Positions 37,767 through 50,280 of a DNA stretch of 64,000 nucleotides are shown one piece after another. The DNA is from Eledone cirrhosa (Eukaryota): NCBI GenBank assembly GCA_964016885.1, contig OZ024740.1, positions 407,836,001-407,900,000 on the forward strand, written 5' to 3'. Under the pieces are notes generated by a model. The model was not told where the DNA came from, made no database searches, and worked only from the letters and a program-made list of their open reading frames with translations. The translations under genes and the position numbers were made by a program. How positions within the stretch are numbered: the first letter of the stretch is position 1; each line of letters begins with the position of its first letter.

Positions 37767-38288
37767 TTAATTAGATATTAAGTAGCTTATCTGAAATTAA
37801 ATAAGAGTTTATGTTACTTTATTGGGCAACTTTATATTGCAGCATATCTAGTCCCAACCATTTAATAACATATCCCACTTCCACTTCATATATTTTATCT
37901 TTAAAACAGTAGTGGAAAGTGCTTGCTGAATAGCAATGTCCAGCAAGCTAATTGCAAATGGCTTGAACTAAGGTATAAAAAAGTCTACCTCGACTATAAA
38001 ACAAGATGCTAGAGTTGAAATTTTAAAAAAAAATGAGCTGATGTGAGAGAATCTACGCAGTTGCTTGGCTTGCAAGAAAAAAACAATCAAATTACACTCT
38101 TCTTCTTCTTTGCCCACTTATTCTTGGGAAGGTCCTGTCTGAAGCAACTGGCTGAATCTCCAAGCAAGACCAGCTAAACTCATGGATATCATTCAACCAT
38201 CTTGTTCAGGGTCTACCCCTGGTTTCCTGCCAGTTAATTTTGCCAAATAATACCAAAGTTGTGATCTCTTAAATCGGAGAAGTAGTGG

Positions 38289-38366
38289 CTCTATCTGGAG
38301 TGACTATCTGGAGTGACTCTATCTGGAGTGACTCTATCTGGAGTGACTCTATCTGGAGTGACTCTC
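38289..38366. repeat. 15-bp minisatellite (CTCTATCTGGAGTGA) x ~5
   Basis: Directly visible. Confidence 0.95.
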
Positions 38367-38394
38367 TGATCTCTGAGTTATGCACTCTATTGAG

Positions 38395-38573
38395 TAATTG
38401 TTTCTACTTTAGGCACAAGGCCAGCAATTACCCAGTGCATTACTGGTACTTTATTTTATCGACCCCGTAAGGATGAAAGGCAAAGTCAACCTCGGCGGGA
38501 TTTGAACTCAGATCGTAAAGGGACGTAACTATGCTGGAAAGCATGGCGTCCGACCCTCTACTGATACTGCCAA
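38395..38573 (-). mobile_element. SINE S1, TSD ATTGAGTAAT
   Basis: Consensus match with direct repeat flanks. Confidence 0.9.
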
Positions 38574-39081
38574 TTGAGTAATGTTACCCAAAAGACTCTT
38601 CAGGGGAATCCTATTTCAGGTGCTTGTATTTGCAATTATATTACCCAATATTCATGACCATAGGTAAGATTTGGCATGAATACCAAATCAAAGTGAGCAA
38701 GTTTGGCTTTTACACATGCCTCTCTTCTTCTGATGGCTGAATGCATTGTCTCCTGAAATTCTTGCACCTAATTATTCACACTCTACCATCTTCAGTATAG
38801 AAAAGACATTAGACAATATAGTTCTACATATATCTACAAAGATGAAATAAACACATTTAGAATGCCTTCGATATCAAGTCTACCTAATGAGGATTGACCT
38901 GGGGCTAAACAACAAAATAATTTTTGAGGATATGAACTTATTGTACAAATAATTATAGCTTGGTCAATGAAAAACTGCATGGTAAGCTGTTCCTGAAAAT
39001 GAAAAGTCCCCTGGACTAAACCAACTTATCTACCAGATATAATCTTAGGCTAATGAAGTTAAAGATACACATACATTCATT

Positions 39082-39324
39082 ACTTTTTTTTGTGTTGTTT
39101 TAGTATTTGGTTAAGTGAATAGTTTTGATTTAATGAAATTAAACAACATTTGGGCAAATTTTTCTTTTAAATATTCCTAAAGAGAAAATCAAATGACTAA
39201 CACTTTTTTTTTTTGATTTTTAGTATTTGGTTAAGTGAACAGTTTTGATTTAATGAAATTAAACAGCATTTGGGGCAAATTATTCTTTTAAATATTCCTG
39301 AAGAAAAAATCAAATGACTAACAC
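39082..39324. repeat. ~120-bp tandem duplication (2 copies)
   Basis: tttagtatttggttaagtgaa.agttttgatttaatgaaattaaaca...aaatcaaatgactaacact repeated. Confidence 0.92.
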
Positions 39325-39892
39325 TATATTAGTTTACCATGTGTTGATTGAAAACCAAGGAATACAAGAATCTCAAACAAGGTTTTCTATTAGCGATACA
39401 TCATGATAAAGAATATTAAATATTAAACATAAAATATAAGTAAATTTATAAAATATTAGTTTAAAAAATGTGCATAGCTTCATAATGTCGATTTAATGTA
39501 TTTACTAAAACCAGAGATTCTCTTTAAAATAAAAAATCTAAATTTAAATCTAAATGGGTATGCACATTTCTAGGATTCTAACATAGAGTTATTGAAAATA
39601 GATAAAAAGTAGCCATAAAATTGCTCTTGTCAGTAAAGAATTTTAAATCCAAAAGGATTGTATAAATATTCAATTGGTTTTATTTAATCTTTGAAAAATT
39701 TTAGATCATCTTTGGATAAATTATTTTTTCACAAGTGTTAGGTTAATTTCTTTTTATTACTTATATATATTTATTTATTATGGTTAAATTGTGAACCTTG
39801 TTACTTTGGAGTTTCACCTGCGCACTCACACGATCATCAATTAAGTCTAAATAAATTTTCGATAACATGCTAGCGTGGAAAATGGACATTAA

Positions 39893-39930
<38 letters not shown>

Positions 39931-41576
39931 AGACTGTATAAATAGGTGAAGACTCAGGGTGGGATGAGGTAGGGGATAGATGTTTTTGAAAATAAGGAAA
40001 TAATGAAAATAAGCAAATCAGAAAATAATGTTGGGGAGGGAGGCTTATAGCCTGAGTGTATTGATGTGTATAATGTGGGTGTTAGTGGATGGATCTTCTG
40101 CTATGTGTACAATCGGATACATATCGTTATCCTGTAGGTGTTCTGTGAAATACTAAGTTATCCCGTGTGCAGATTTGTACCATTTTTCTTATTTTCTAAT
40201 GTTCCTTACTTTCTTATTTCTATAATTTTTCTCTCAAGGGCAGTGGATTGGCAGTATCAGAAGAGTGTCAACCAATATGCTTTGCAGCATATAGTTACGA
40301 CTCTTTAACTTCTCAGTTCAAATCATGCTGAGGTTAGCTTTGCCTTTCATTTGTATGGGGTTAAAATAAGCATCAGTAATGCACTGGGGTCGGTTTAATT
40401 GACTTTCTTCCCAACCCCTAAAATTATTGGCCTTGAGCCTAAATCAAAAACCATTATTCCCTTATTTTCCTATTTCCCTATTTTTATTTTCTTATTTCCT
40501 AATTCTTTATTTTCATATTTTCTCAGCTTTTCTAAATAATTTTAGCTCTGTACTCTACGATTATTACACCATACAATATATTTTATATTATATTGTCATA
40601 TTTTCCTTGACACTGTCGCTACCATTATTAATACCAATCAATCATGTTATCACTATAATTTTACTAATTTCAACATTATCATCACCATCAATGGATATAC
40701 CATACCTTCTCAATTAATTCCATTGTCTTCTCAATTAATTCCATTATCCACTAAATATCCACCTCCATCAATTGACATACATCTACCTACCCACTTAAGT
40801 TATTTTCTATTTATTATTATCATCATAACCTTAAACTTCCCCTTTTGCTAATTTTAATACTTTTTCTTCATTATCATCACCACAGTATATACCAGGTCCA
40901 TTTCTTTTACTTCTTCGTTTTTCCTTTTCTTTTTTGTTCTTCCTCATAACTATTTCACCATCATCATCACTCACTGTTTTTAAAGTAAATCCATTATCCA
41001 TTAAATACTTTATACACTCGCCTACTCAACAAAGTTATTTTCATCACCATCACCATCTTATACATTACCACTCACCATCACCACCATCAACATCAAAGTG
41101 CAGAAATCTAATGAATCATTTCATTTGATTCCCTCCATCCATTACCACAATATAAAAGCCATTACCATTTAACTGTTTCAATTCCTATTTCAATTCTATA
41201 ACCATCATCATATGTACCACACCCATTGTTTTCTCAAGTAATTCCATTAATCAGTAAATATTTTATCCCCTCCCACCAATTGACATATACCCATCTACTC
41301 ACCCAAGTTATTTTCTATTTATCTCATTTACCCTTATTCATCATTATCATCATCCGAAACTTCACTCCTTTTGCTTATCTTAATAATTCCTATTATCAAC
41401 TTTATCATCATCATACATACCACGATCATGCCTTCCTTATTTCTCAGTTGTTTTTACTTCCCTTTTTTGGCCTTTCTTTTTTCATAACTTCCTGCTTTTC
41501 CTCCCTACACACCCATTCAAAAACACCTATCCCGCCATTCCCCTAACCCACGAGTCTTCCCCTATTTATACTGTCT
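39931..41576. mobile_element. Unclassified element bounded by ~60-bp imperfect inverted repeats
   Basis: agactgtataaataggtgaagactc...gatagatgtttttgaa versus ttcaaaaacacctatcc...gagtcttcccctatttatactgtct; internal diverged direct repeat (40731, 41234). Confidence 0.55.
40238..40460 (+). mobile_element. SINE S1 long variant
   Basis: gggcagtggattggcagtatc head, B-box, long-variant insert. Confidence 0.8.
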
Positions 41577-41920
41577 CTGTTATCAAGGTATAACAAGGCT
41601 TACCACTTAGCCATAATAAATGAATATTTAAACTCCACTTCAGTATTGTATACTCATTCTCATGTCCCTCAATAAAACACACATACACACATACAAATAT
41701 AGTTTCGTTGACAAATATATCAATGTGCCCAGACACGCAGATATATTGCCCTTGGTATGACAGTGGTTTTAGCTCAATGTAGGATAACTAGTATACTACA
41801 GAGCCGTTATAATTATAGGAATAACCAAAGAGTGCTTAGAAATACATTGTTTTATTAACTAACAGTGTTTCATCCATACCCTATGGCAGGAATCAACAGA
41901 GCTTATAAACAAGAGTATAT

Positions 41921-41955
<35 letters not shown>

Positions 41956-42110
41956 AGTATATCAAATATATATATATATAGTTCAAGAAATAACAAGACA
42001 AACACGGACGCAGAACAACAAAGTCTTAATAATATATATATGTATGCAGGATATCCGTTGGTAAAAGGCCAAAGAAAACAATGCTCAATCAATTGCAAGA
42101 GACCTTATTT

Positions 42111-42374
42111 AGTATAATTAAAATTTCATACACTTAACATGTATGTGCAACCTTAAGTTTCAGGATTCAGTTATGGCTACCATTGTATAGTAGAGGAGCT
42201 GTTTCAATGCTAACCTCTCATCATCTCATCAGCTGCCAAGACAGAATTTTGTCTTGGCACCTGATGAGAGGCCAGCATTGAGACAGCTCCCCCACTATAC
42301 AGTGGTGGCCGGAACTGGACCACGAAACCTATGGTCACACATATACATTAACTGTATGAAATTGTAATTATACT
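42111..42374. repeat. 264-bp imperfect spacerless palindrome with degenerate hammerhead-like motif
   Basis: Centre caagacagaa|ttttgtcttg; CTGATGA at 42261 and GAAAC on opposite arm. Confidence 0.8.
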
Positions 42375-42419
42375 ATGCTATAATATATATACATATATAT
42401 CATAAAGTAGTTTAAGACA

Positions 42420-42640
42420 GGGCAGTGGATTGCCAGTATCAGTAAGGTGTCAGACAAAATGCTTTGGAGCATAGAGTTACAGTCCCTTATGCTCTAAATT
42501 CAAATCCCACCAAGGTTAGATTTGCCTTTCATCCTTACGGGGGTTGATAAAATGAAGTATCAGTAATGCAGTGGAGTTGATTTAATTGGCTTTTCCCTCC
42601 CCCAAATTGTTGGCCTTGTGCCTAAATCAGAAACCATAAC
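42420..42640 (+). mobile_element. SINE S1 long variant
   Basis: Consensus match. Confidence 0.8.
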
Positions 42641-42914
42641 GTAGATGAAGACATATACTGGTATATATGTTTTACAGGTTGTAAATATCCACTAAAAGAA
42701 CTCTATATGTAGAGAGTGAGATAATTCATTTTATATCAATGAGTGGCAATACAAGTTACTAGCAATATAAGTTTCATCAAAGAAAATATCAAGTAACACC
42801 AGACAAGCTCCAGATGATTTTTCTACTTTAATTAGAGATATATTCTTCATCTGATGAAAATGAATACCAAATGATATAGAACATAGATAAATATAAAACA
42901 ACAAACTAACTGTA

Positions 42915-43118
42915 AGTGTGAGTCTGTGTGTGAGTGTGTGTGAGTCTGTGTGTGAGTGTGTGTGAGTCTGTGTGTGTGAGTGTGTGTGTGAGTGTGTGTG
43001 TGTGAGTCTGTGTGTGTGTGTGTGTGTGTGTGTGTCTGTGTGTGTGTCTGTGTGTGTGTCTGTGTGTGTGTGTGTGTGTGATCTATCTATCTATATATAC
43101 GTATATATATATATATAC
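42915..43118. repeat. (TG)n compound microsatellite plus (TCTA)/(TA)
   Basis: Directly visible. Confidence 0.95.
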
Positions 43119-44151
43119 CACTCACTGTTCAAGGATCAGTTCACTTCATGGTTCCAATTGATAGGATGGTGAAGACATTGCCCTGGAGGATGATGAGTGA
43201 GATGTGCTACAACAGCTCCTCCACCTCACGAGGTTTGCACTAATGGGGTGCCAACTCTGTTCCAATAGCAGTGAGTTGAGATATAGACCAGGAGCCAAGA
43301 AAATCACAAGTCTCCACTGTCACAGGCTTGACCACAAACATATCAGAGGGCAGCAAATATTTTGATAGTTTGACCCCTTTGGCTAGATGAGCAACACAGC
43401 CTGGCCTGGTAGTAAGTTATATGAGCAGAAGTTAGACTTCTTAAATAATTCTTTAATTACCATAATATAACTAATTCTTTGTACCCATCAGCTCATCAAT
43501 AAAAAAAAGTGTATCAGCTGGGTCAATGTACTCAAAGAGAAGAATTAAGACAGCCAGTCAACCAATTTGTAGTGGTAAATATTCATCATGTAAAGCAATG
43601 TTTGAATTATAAGTAACAATATGTTAAATTATAAGTAACAACATGTTGATAAATTGCAACAATTATATATATGTCACTATGATTATTTTCTTTCCGTTTT
43701 TGACAATATGAAGAAAATTACATTGGCCCAAAGATAGGTAAAAAAAAATTTTCTGGCAACTTATTAAAAAAATAAACTTGTAACAACTGATGAATGAATT
43801 CACTTGATTTATTTGCTTGGTTGAAAGTGATGCCTCCAAATAAAATTTAAAAAATACATGTGTATAAAAATACAGCTTTCTTTCATTTGCAGCAAGACCA
43901 AAACAAATTGATTGACAGATGTTTGCAATGATTATGAATATATTAAAATAACTCTTGGTATTAATTCACAATCTTTAGTAATTTAATTAGTCATTCACCA
44001 CATGAATAGTCTTTTTGTGTATGCATATGCATGTGTATACAAAGAGTGTTTATGCAAACATGCATGCAGATTACATACACACACACACATATATATATAT
44101 GCAAGCAGGGAAAAGTGGACGTAAAATGATGATGATAATGATATATATAGG

Positions 44152-44521
44152 AGGCACATGGCTTAGTGGCCTTGCAATTGAAGGGTTGTGAGTTCAATTC
44201 TCAGACCGGGTGATGTGTTGTTTCCTTGGGCAAGACACTTTATTTCACATTGCTCCAGTTTACTCAGCTGTAGAAATGAGATGATAGGGACTGGAGTCGC
44301 TATCATTCCACTGCAAAGTGGTCATGTAGGTGTTGTGACAAAAAGCACCCAGCCCACACTGTAAAGTGGACCTGTAGGCGCCACGGAAAAAAGCACCCAG
44401 CACTCACTGTAAATGAGGTTGGTGTTAGGAAGGGCATCCAGCTGTAGAAATCAAGCCAGAATCAGTTCCCGTCCCACCCTTGCAAGCAGGGAAAGTAGAC
44501 GTAAAATGATGATGAGGATGA

Positions 44522-44525
<4 letters not shown>
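44152..44525 (+). mobile_element. CORE-type SINE S2 with RTE-derived tail, near full length
   Basis: tRNA head, CORE-like segment, then RTE-A 3'UTR repeats and RTE-C terminal sequence. Confidence 0.85.
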
Positions 44526-44580
<55 letters not shown>

Positions 44581-44698
44581 CATTATTATCATCATTTTGG
44601 TGAGGAGGATCATTTTGGACACTCTGTGGGATGAAAAACAAAACCGGTCAAAGGGCAGAGCAACTCTGGAGAGTTGACAGCCATCCAATATCATCATG

Positions 44699-44890
44699 AG
44701 GGCGATGAATTGGCAGTATCAGTAGAGAGTTGGATGCCATGCTTTCTAGCATAGTTACGTCCCTTTACGGTTTGAGTTCAAATCCCGTCGAGGTTAACTT
44801 TGCCTTTCATCCTTACAGGGTCGATAAAATAAAGTACCAGTCATGCACTGGGTAATTGCTGGCCTTGTGCCAAAAGTAGAATTATTATCA
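44699..44890 (+). mobile_element. SINE S1, full length
   Basis: Consensus match. Confidence 0.88.
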
Positions 44891-45012
44891 TCATTTTACG
44901 TCTGTTTTTTCCCTGCTTGCAAGGGTGGGACAGGTCCTCTTCAGAACAGCATCTCCCCATTTTTCACAGTCCTTCGTCATCTACTCTGTGAGCTTCAGCG
45001 ATTTGAGGTCAG
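44888..45012 (-). mobile_element. RTE subfamily C 3' end
   Basis: Reverse complement of 18760-18885 type. Confidence 0.78.
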
Positions 45013-45028
45013 GTGTATATATATAGAC

Positions 45029-45064
<36 letters not shown>

Positions 45065-45679
45065 GTATATATACACACACACACATACATATACATATAT
45101 ACACACACACACATATATATACATATATACACACGCATATATACACATAATATACATATACACTCATATATATATGCATATATACACATATATGATGGCT
45201 GCAACTTGATTTTGAGTAATGCCATTCCTTGGTAGGGACTTGCCTAAGGCCAGCAATGCCATGCATCGCAAAAAATATATAATCAAGCAATGCCTGTGCT
45301 TGAAGGTTTTTTTAAAGTGAGGAAAGGCTTTAAACAGGGCCACTCCCACTCTCTAAACATCAAATGAATTTACCCAAAAGGTAGAACTGTTCTACATCAT
45401 TGAATGTAAACAAAGTCGTAGGTTTTATATGAAGGTGATGTCTTAGTGAAGGCTAGCAGTCTCTCACTCCACAAAAAAAAATTTATTGGATGGCTGTCAA
45501 ATCTCCAGAGTTGCTCTGCCCTTTGACCGGTTTTGTTTTTCATCCCCCAGTGTCCAAAATGACCCTCCTCACCAAGCAAGCCTGGTGGTGTTGCTAGTTT
45601 AGTTGTCGCTGATTCTACAATGCACTGGTTGTACTGCGTTACATCTTAGCAGTAGTGCTGACCTGACAAACATACACAC

Positions 45680-46000
45680 ATCATCATCATCATCATTTTA
45701 CATCCGCTTTTCTCTGCTTGCAAGGGTTGGACGGCATCTCTCCACTTGTCATGGTCCTTCGTCATCTCCTCGGTGAGTTTCAGTGATCTGAGGTCAGCTC
45801 TCACCACCCCCGCCCATGTTTTTCATAGTCTTCCTCTACTGCGTCTTCCTCCTACTAGGATTTCTTGGCACTTCTTTACCCAGCGGTCATACTCCATGCG
45901 CATCACATGTCCACACTATTTCAGCCTTCTCTCCTGCACACCACAACTTATCTCTCTTATACCCAGTTTCTTTCTCAACTCGTCCATGCTTGGTCGTTCA
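45680..46000 (-). mobile_element. RTE subfamily C 3' fragment
   Basis: Reverse complement encodes SCGVQERRLK.CGHVMRME, RRRR.RKT. Confidence 0.8.
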
Positions 46001-46404
46001 CGCACACACACACATATATATATATATATGTGTATATATATATATACACACACATTTTAAATTGAGCAGATGTATATCAGAAAACCAGGGTTGGTATCAA
46101 AGGGGTTAATAAAAAAAGGCAGAATATTTGTTAAAATTTAAGTAATTTAAAAATAAAGAAGGAAAAAAATTATCTCCTTCTATACATCTGTTACTGGGGC
46201 CATGACAAAGTTCCTCCTCCAGCTCACCCTGTCTAGCATTGCTGTCTGAATTTCCCCTGCCTCCAGCCTAGTTTCATCAAAGTTGTGGGTGTCTCCGATC
46301 AAGGAAACTACAAAAATATGGCTATTCAAAGCAACGGTTGAGTTCATTCTTCTCTACAGATGTGGGTCATGGACACTGACAAAAGAAATTTATAAAAATA
46401 TATG

Positions 46405-46590
46405 ATTTCTGATTTCACAAGGCTAACAATTTGGTGGGAGGGGAAAGTCGATTAAATCGACCTCAGTGTATTACTGGTGCTTTATTTATTGACCCTGTAA
46501 GAGAGAAAGGCAAAGCTAACCTCAGCAAGATTTGAACTCAGAACGTAAAGGGTTGTAACTCTACTGCCCAACTGATACTGCCAAACCACC
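46405..46590 (-). mobile_element. SINE S1 long variant, diverged
   Basis: Consensus match. Confidence 0.72.
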
Positions 46591-47244
46591 ATAATAATAT
46601 ATGGTTTCTGATTGAGGCTCAAGGCCAAAATATAATGCAAGGATTCATAGTTGAATCAGCTACCATCATTTAGAAATTATTAATATATAAATCAGATTTT
46701 AAAGATCATATATAATTGACACAATCGAGCTGATGAAATTATTTATATTAACCATGAAATATAAAGTCATGTCACAAAATCATTAATGTCCATGAGAAAG
46801 ACCTGCTGGACACAATAGTTTATTGAATTCGAGTGCTTAAGTACCAGTTGAGTATTAGTATACATGCTAGCGTGAAAGAACGGACATAAAACGATGATGA
46901 TAATGATGAATTGTTCTGGTCATGTGCCTATGTTTAAAATCATTATTATTGATATTATCAGTAAAGAAGTTAAAATATTCAAATGTTTATTGTGTATTGG
47001 ACGCTATATGTAATGAACACATACACACTTTCCAAACAATTTGTCATGGTTAAGTTTTGATATGTTTCTTCATTAATTTCCTTATTAAAGAAAAATATAT
47101 GAAAGCATATTAAAAATATATCAATCTAAAAAAATTTTGTTCTTAGTTTAAAATTAGAATAAGTCATTAAAAAAAATTAATGAACATTAAGTTTCAATTT
47201 ATTTTGTGTTTTTCTACAATTATTTTCAATGAATATATCCTTTG

Positions 47245-47682
47245 ATCATCATCATCGTTTAACGTCCATCTTCCACGCTTGCATGGGTTTGGATGGGAAT
47301 TTTCCCACTTGAGGCAAGATTGGTTGTCTTGCTTGTATAGGACTGTCTGGTGGGTTTTCTACGGCTGGATGCCCTTCCTAACACCAACCACGTTTACAGT
47401 GTGGACTGGGAGGTTTTTACCATGTTACCTACACGGCCACATTACAGCGTGGACTGTGTGTTTTTTTTCGTGACACCTACACGACCTCATTTGTTTCGGA
47501 CTGGATGTTGTGGTACCAACATAACTTTACATTGGAAGGGGTAGTGTGGATGGGGTGGTGGGACGGGGGTGTATTTTTGTTAGAGGTGCCTACTGACTGT
47601 AGGTTTCACTTTGTACTTAGGCAAGGCGGGTCTTCTGTATTACTGTGATCTTGGTCCAGTGACATTGTCTTGGAGAGGTGTA
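47245..47682 (-). mobile_element. RTE subfamily B 3' end
   Basis: Matches 7371-7860 and 62165-62640. Confidence 0.88.
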
Positions 47683-48119
47683 TTTGATATTAACTTACGT
47701 TTCCAATCAGGAGGACTTTTTACCAATCTGCATTTTGGTCAATATGCTTTTGTTGAATGTTTTTTAACAAACGTATTATATTCCACGTGCATATAATTAT
47801 GCTATGTAGTTGGTCTGTCAAATTCTTAGCATGATAAAATGAAGTCCAAAATATAATTGGCCAAGAGATCAGACTCTCCATCATAAAATATTATAAGAAT
47901 AAAATATATCTGTTAGCTAGAAAAATGTCAAAGAACCAAGGAAAATATGTAAATCTAAATATAAGTAACACTAGTTTAATACATGAACCAAGTAGTTGTA
48001 TGTTCTTTGGAGTCATAAAAACTAACAACATGTAATAGAAACAAAGAACTAACCAGATACTCCTCAATTCTAAATGCACTCCTTTCCATGCATACATAAT
48101 TAAAGACATACAGATATGC

Positions 48120-50110
48120 TTACATATTAACTAACATAGTAAATGACCTTATGCTGTACTCAGAAAATGTTTATTGCACTAAAAAACATTCTTACAGAAC
48201 TTTAGAATGAATTTTGATCAGGATAAGTGTTCATAACTGGTAGTCTCTCCAGGAAAGATAACTGACCGACCAGATGAGGAATATGGATATCAAAACCTGT
48301 CTATATCTTCGCTCACCAATATCAAATGCTACAAGTATCTTGGAATTAATGATAATATTTTGTACAATGATGCTGTGAATAAAGCAAGGAACACTTCAGC
48401 AGTCATGAACATCAAAGCTGACCATTGTCTATAACATATTTATAGTGTCAGTACTAGTAACAAAATTTGAAATACTAGACTGAAGTCTTGAAGAAATGTG
48501 CAACTTGGAGATCAAGACAGGAAGATACTAACCACTACTGGTACTTCCCCATCAATAGTGATACTGACAGGATCTATGTTAAATGGAGAGATAGAGACAG
48601 AGGCATAGTGTCACTCCAAATGGCATTTGAGTGCTGGATCATATTATTTAAACTCAGTAAAGAGAGAAATGAGTTGGTCACATATGAACATTTCAATGAA
48701 GATAATACATTGAGCATAAGTGAAGAACTTCTGAATAGGTAATCTGAGTTTCAAGCAGTGACTTCAAGGAAGGATCTGTATTTGGGCTCTTTCTTTGGTG
48801 CATAAGCTTGCACAAATCACAGAGACTTTTCTTTCAGCCTGATTTTCCAGAGGCAAATCCTCCCTCATAATGGGATCCAGTCCATAACACATTCTGACAA
48901 CCGGAGGCTTGTGAGTATCCCCACTCCCACCTGTGCAGTCATTTCTGGCATCATACCCGAATAATGGAGTTTCATCTTTTATCCTAATGTACAGTACTAG
49001 AGCAACAGAATTTTGTTGAGAAAACCCCAACTATATCTAGCTGGTAGCATCTGGCCTCCTCCACTAGTTCTTGCTCCTTATCTGTAAGGCTTGTAACATT
49101 CCAGTTACCAATTATCAAAGTTTGCTCCCTTCTGAACCCTCTCTGGGGCCTCGAGATATGTAACCTTTGTGTTTCCATCCTCCACCTCCCAGGATGGGTA
49201 GCAGGCCCATTGCCAGTTCTTGCAGCACTGGATGGAATCTGCAATATAATTTTTTAACAGTCACCCCTACCCAAGACCTGACACACCCTCCATTATCGCC
49301 TGCAAAGGACAATGTGGTATGGTTGTCTTTACTTTTCTCAGATCAGAGAAATCTAGGCTTTTTTAGCGGCTGCCTTTACTCACCTTGTCATAGTTCCATC
49401 ACTGGATTGTGCGAGTTTTCTTATGAGCTAACAATCTCACCCATTGTTCTATCTCCCCTAATAGTTTACTACAATTTGTCCGTGGCTGTGATTCGTCCAG
49501 CAAGACCTTGCTTACATTGTAACTAATGATCATATCTGGTGATTTGACCGTATTGTTATCTGCCACCTGCAACCTTTTCTCTAGCAGAACAGCTTCGATA
49601 GATCAATAGATATAAAGATATCTTGAAACCTCCACATTGTGATAGAAAAAAATCAATTATGTCATTCAATTGTGGAAGCTAACACCTATATCGTCTGTTG
49701 CCTCAAAATATCTACAAGACATGACTAGTTGCCAAAACTATTTATAATGCCAGCCACCATGAAGTTCATAGCAACAACACACTAGAACAGAAATATGCCG
49801 ATACCTTAAAAATAAGGAAAACTGGTGGAACATTACAATAAAAACAGCAATCTGGTGCAAATACAGTAGAGATGATTTAGTTCTATGGAACTATGGATGT
49901 AAACGTACAGAATAAAAGAACATCTATGGTGAACTAATGTGGAATTAACAGCTCTTGTATCAAGGCTATATATCTTCATTTCTCCCTATAACCAAAGATT
50001 CATTTAGTTATGCAATAACAGATTTGAATGAAAGCCTTTAAATGCCCCTGCATTTTAAGAAAGAATAAAATGAACTGACTAGCATCCTCACATCCTATTT
50101 ATTAGTGGTA
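48120..50110 (+). pseudogene. Degraded R4-like (restriction-like endonuclease) non-LTR retrotransposon, interrupted at 48770-49570
   Basis: Remnants DLMLYS, DKC, YKYLGI, NSDTDRIYVK..DRG..SL, RHD.VAKTIYN and WWN...DDLVLW. Confidence 0.6.
48770..49570 (-). mobile_element. 5' end of an RTE-clade LINE (5'UTR and AP-endonuclease N-terminus)
   Basis: ORF 48984-49244: IIGNWNVTSL..KEQELVEEA..YQLDIVG..STK, typical APE domain start. Confidence 0.8.
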
Positions 50111-50280
50111 AAGTGAAGATTTATAAGTATTCCAAAGATTCTCCATTTCAGTTTCATGGAATAAATATATGCACAGTCACACATTTGCATATAGCACACA
50201 CATATGTAAAATGTAATCACATACACACACACACATGTACTAAAAAGACATGTACACCCAAACATCTACATATATGCACA

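Larger units (their letters stand above)
38105..38790 (-). pseudogene. Degraded RTE 3' fragment interrupted by minisatellite and SINE
   Basis: Homologous to 2150-2500 in reverse; GRP.TRWL-like end and (GAA)n tail. Confidence 0.65.

Noticed and set aside
40427-41546. Hydrophobic ORFs resembling membrane proteins
   Set aside because: Product of T/C-rich low-complexity sequence; non-ATG starts
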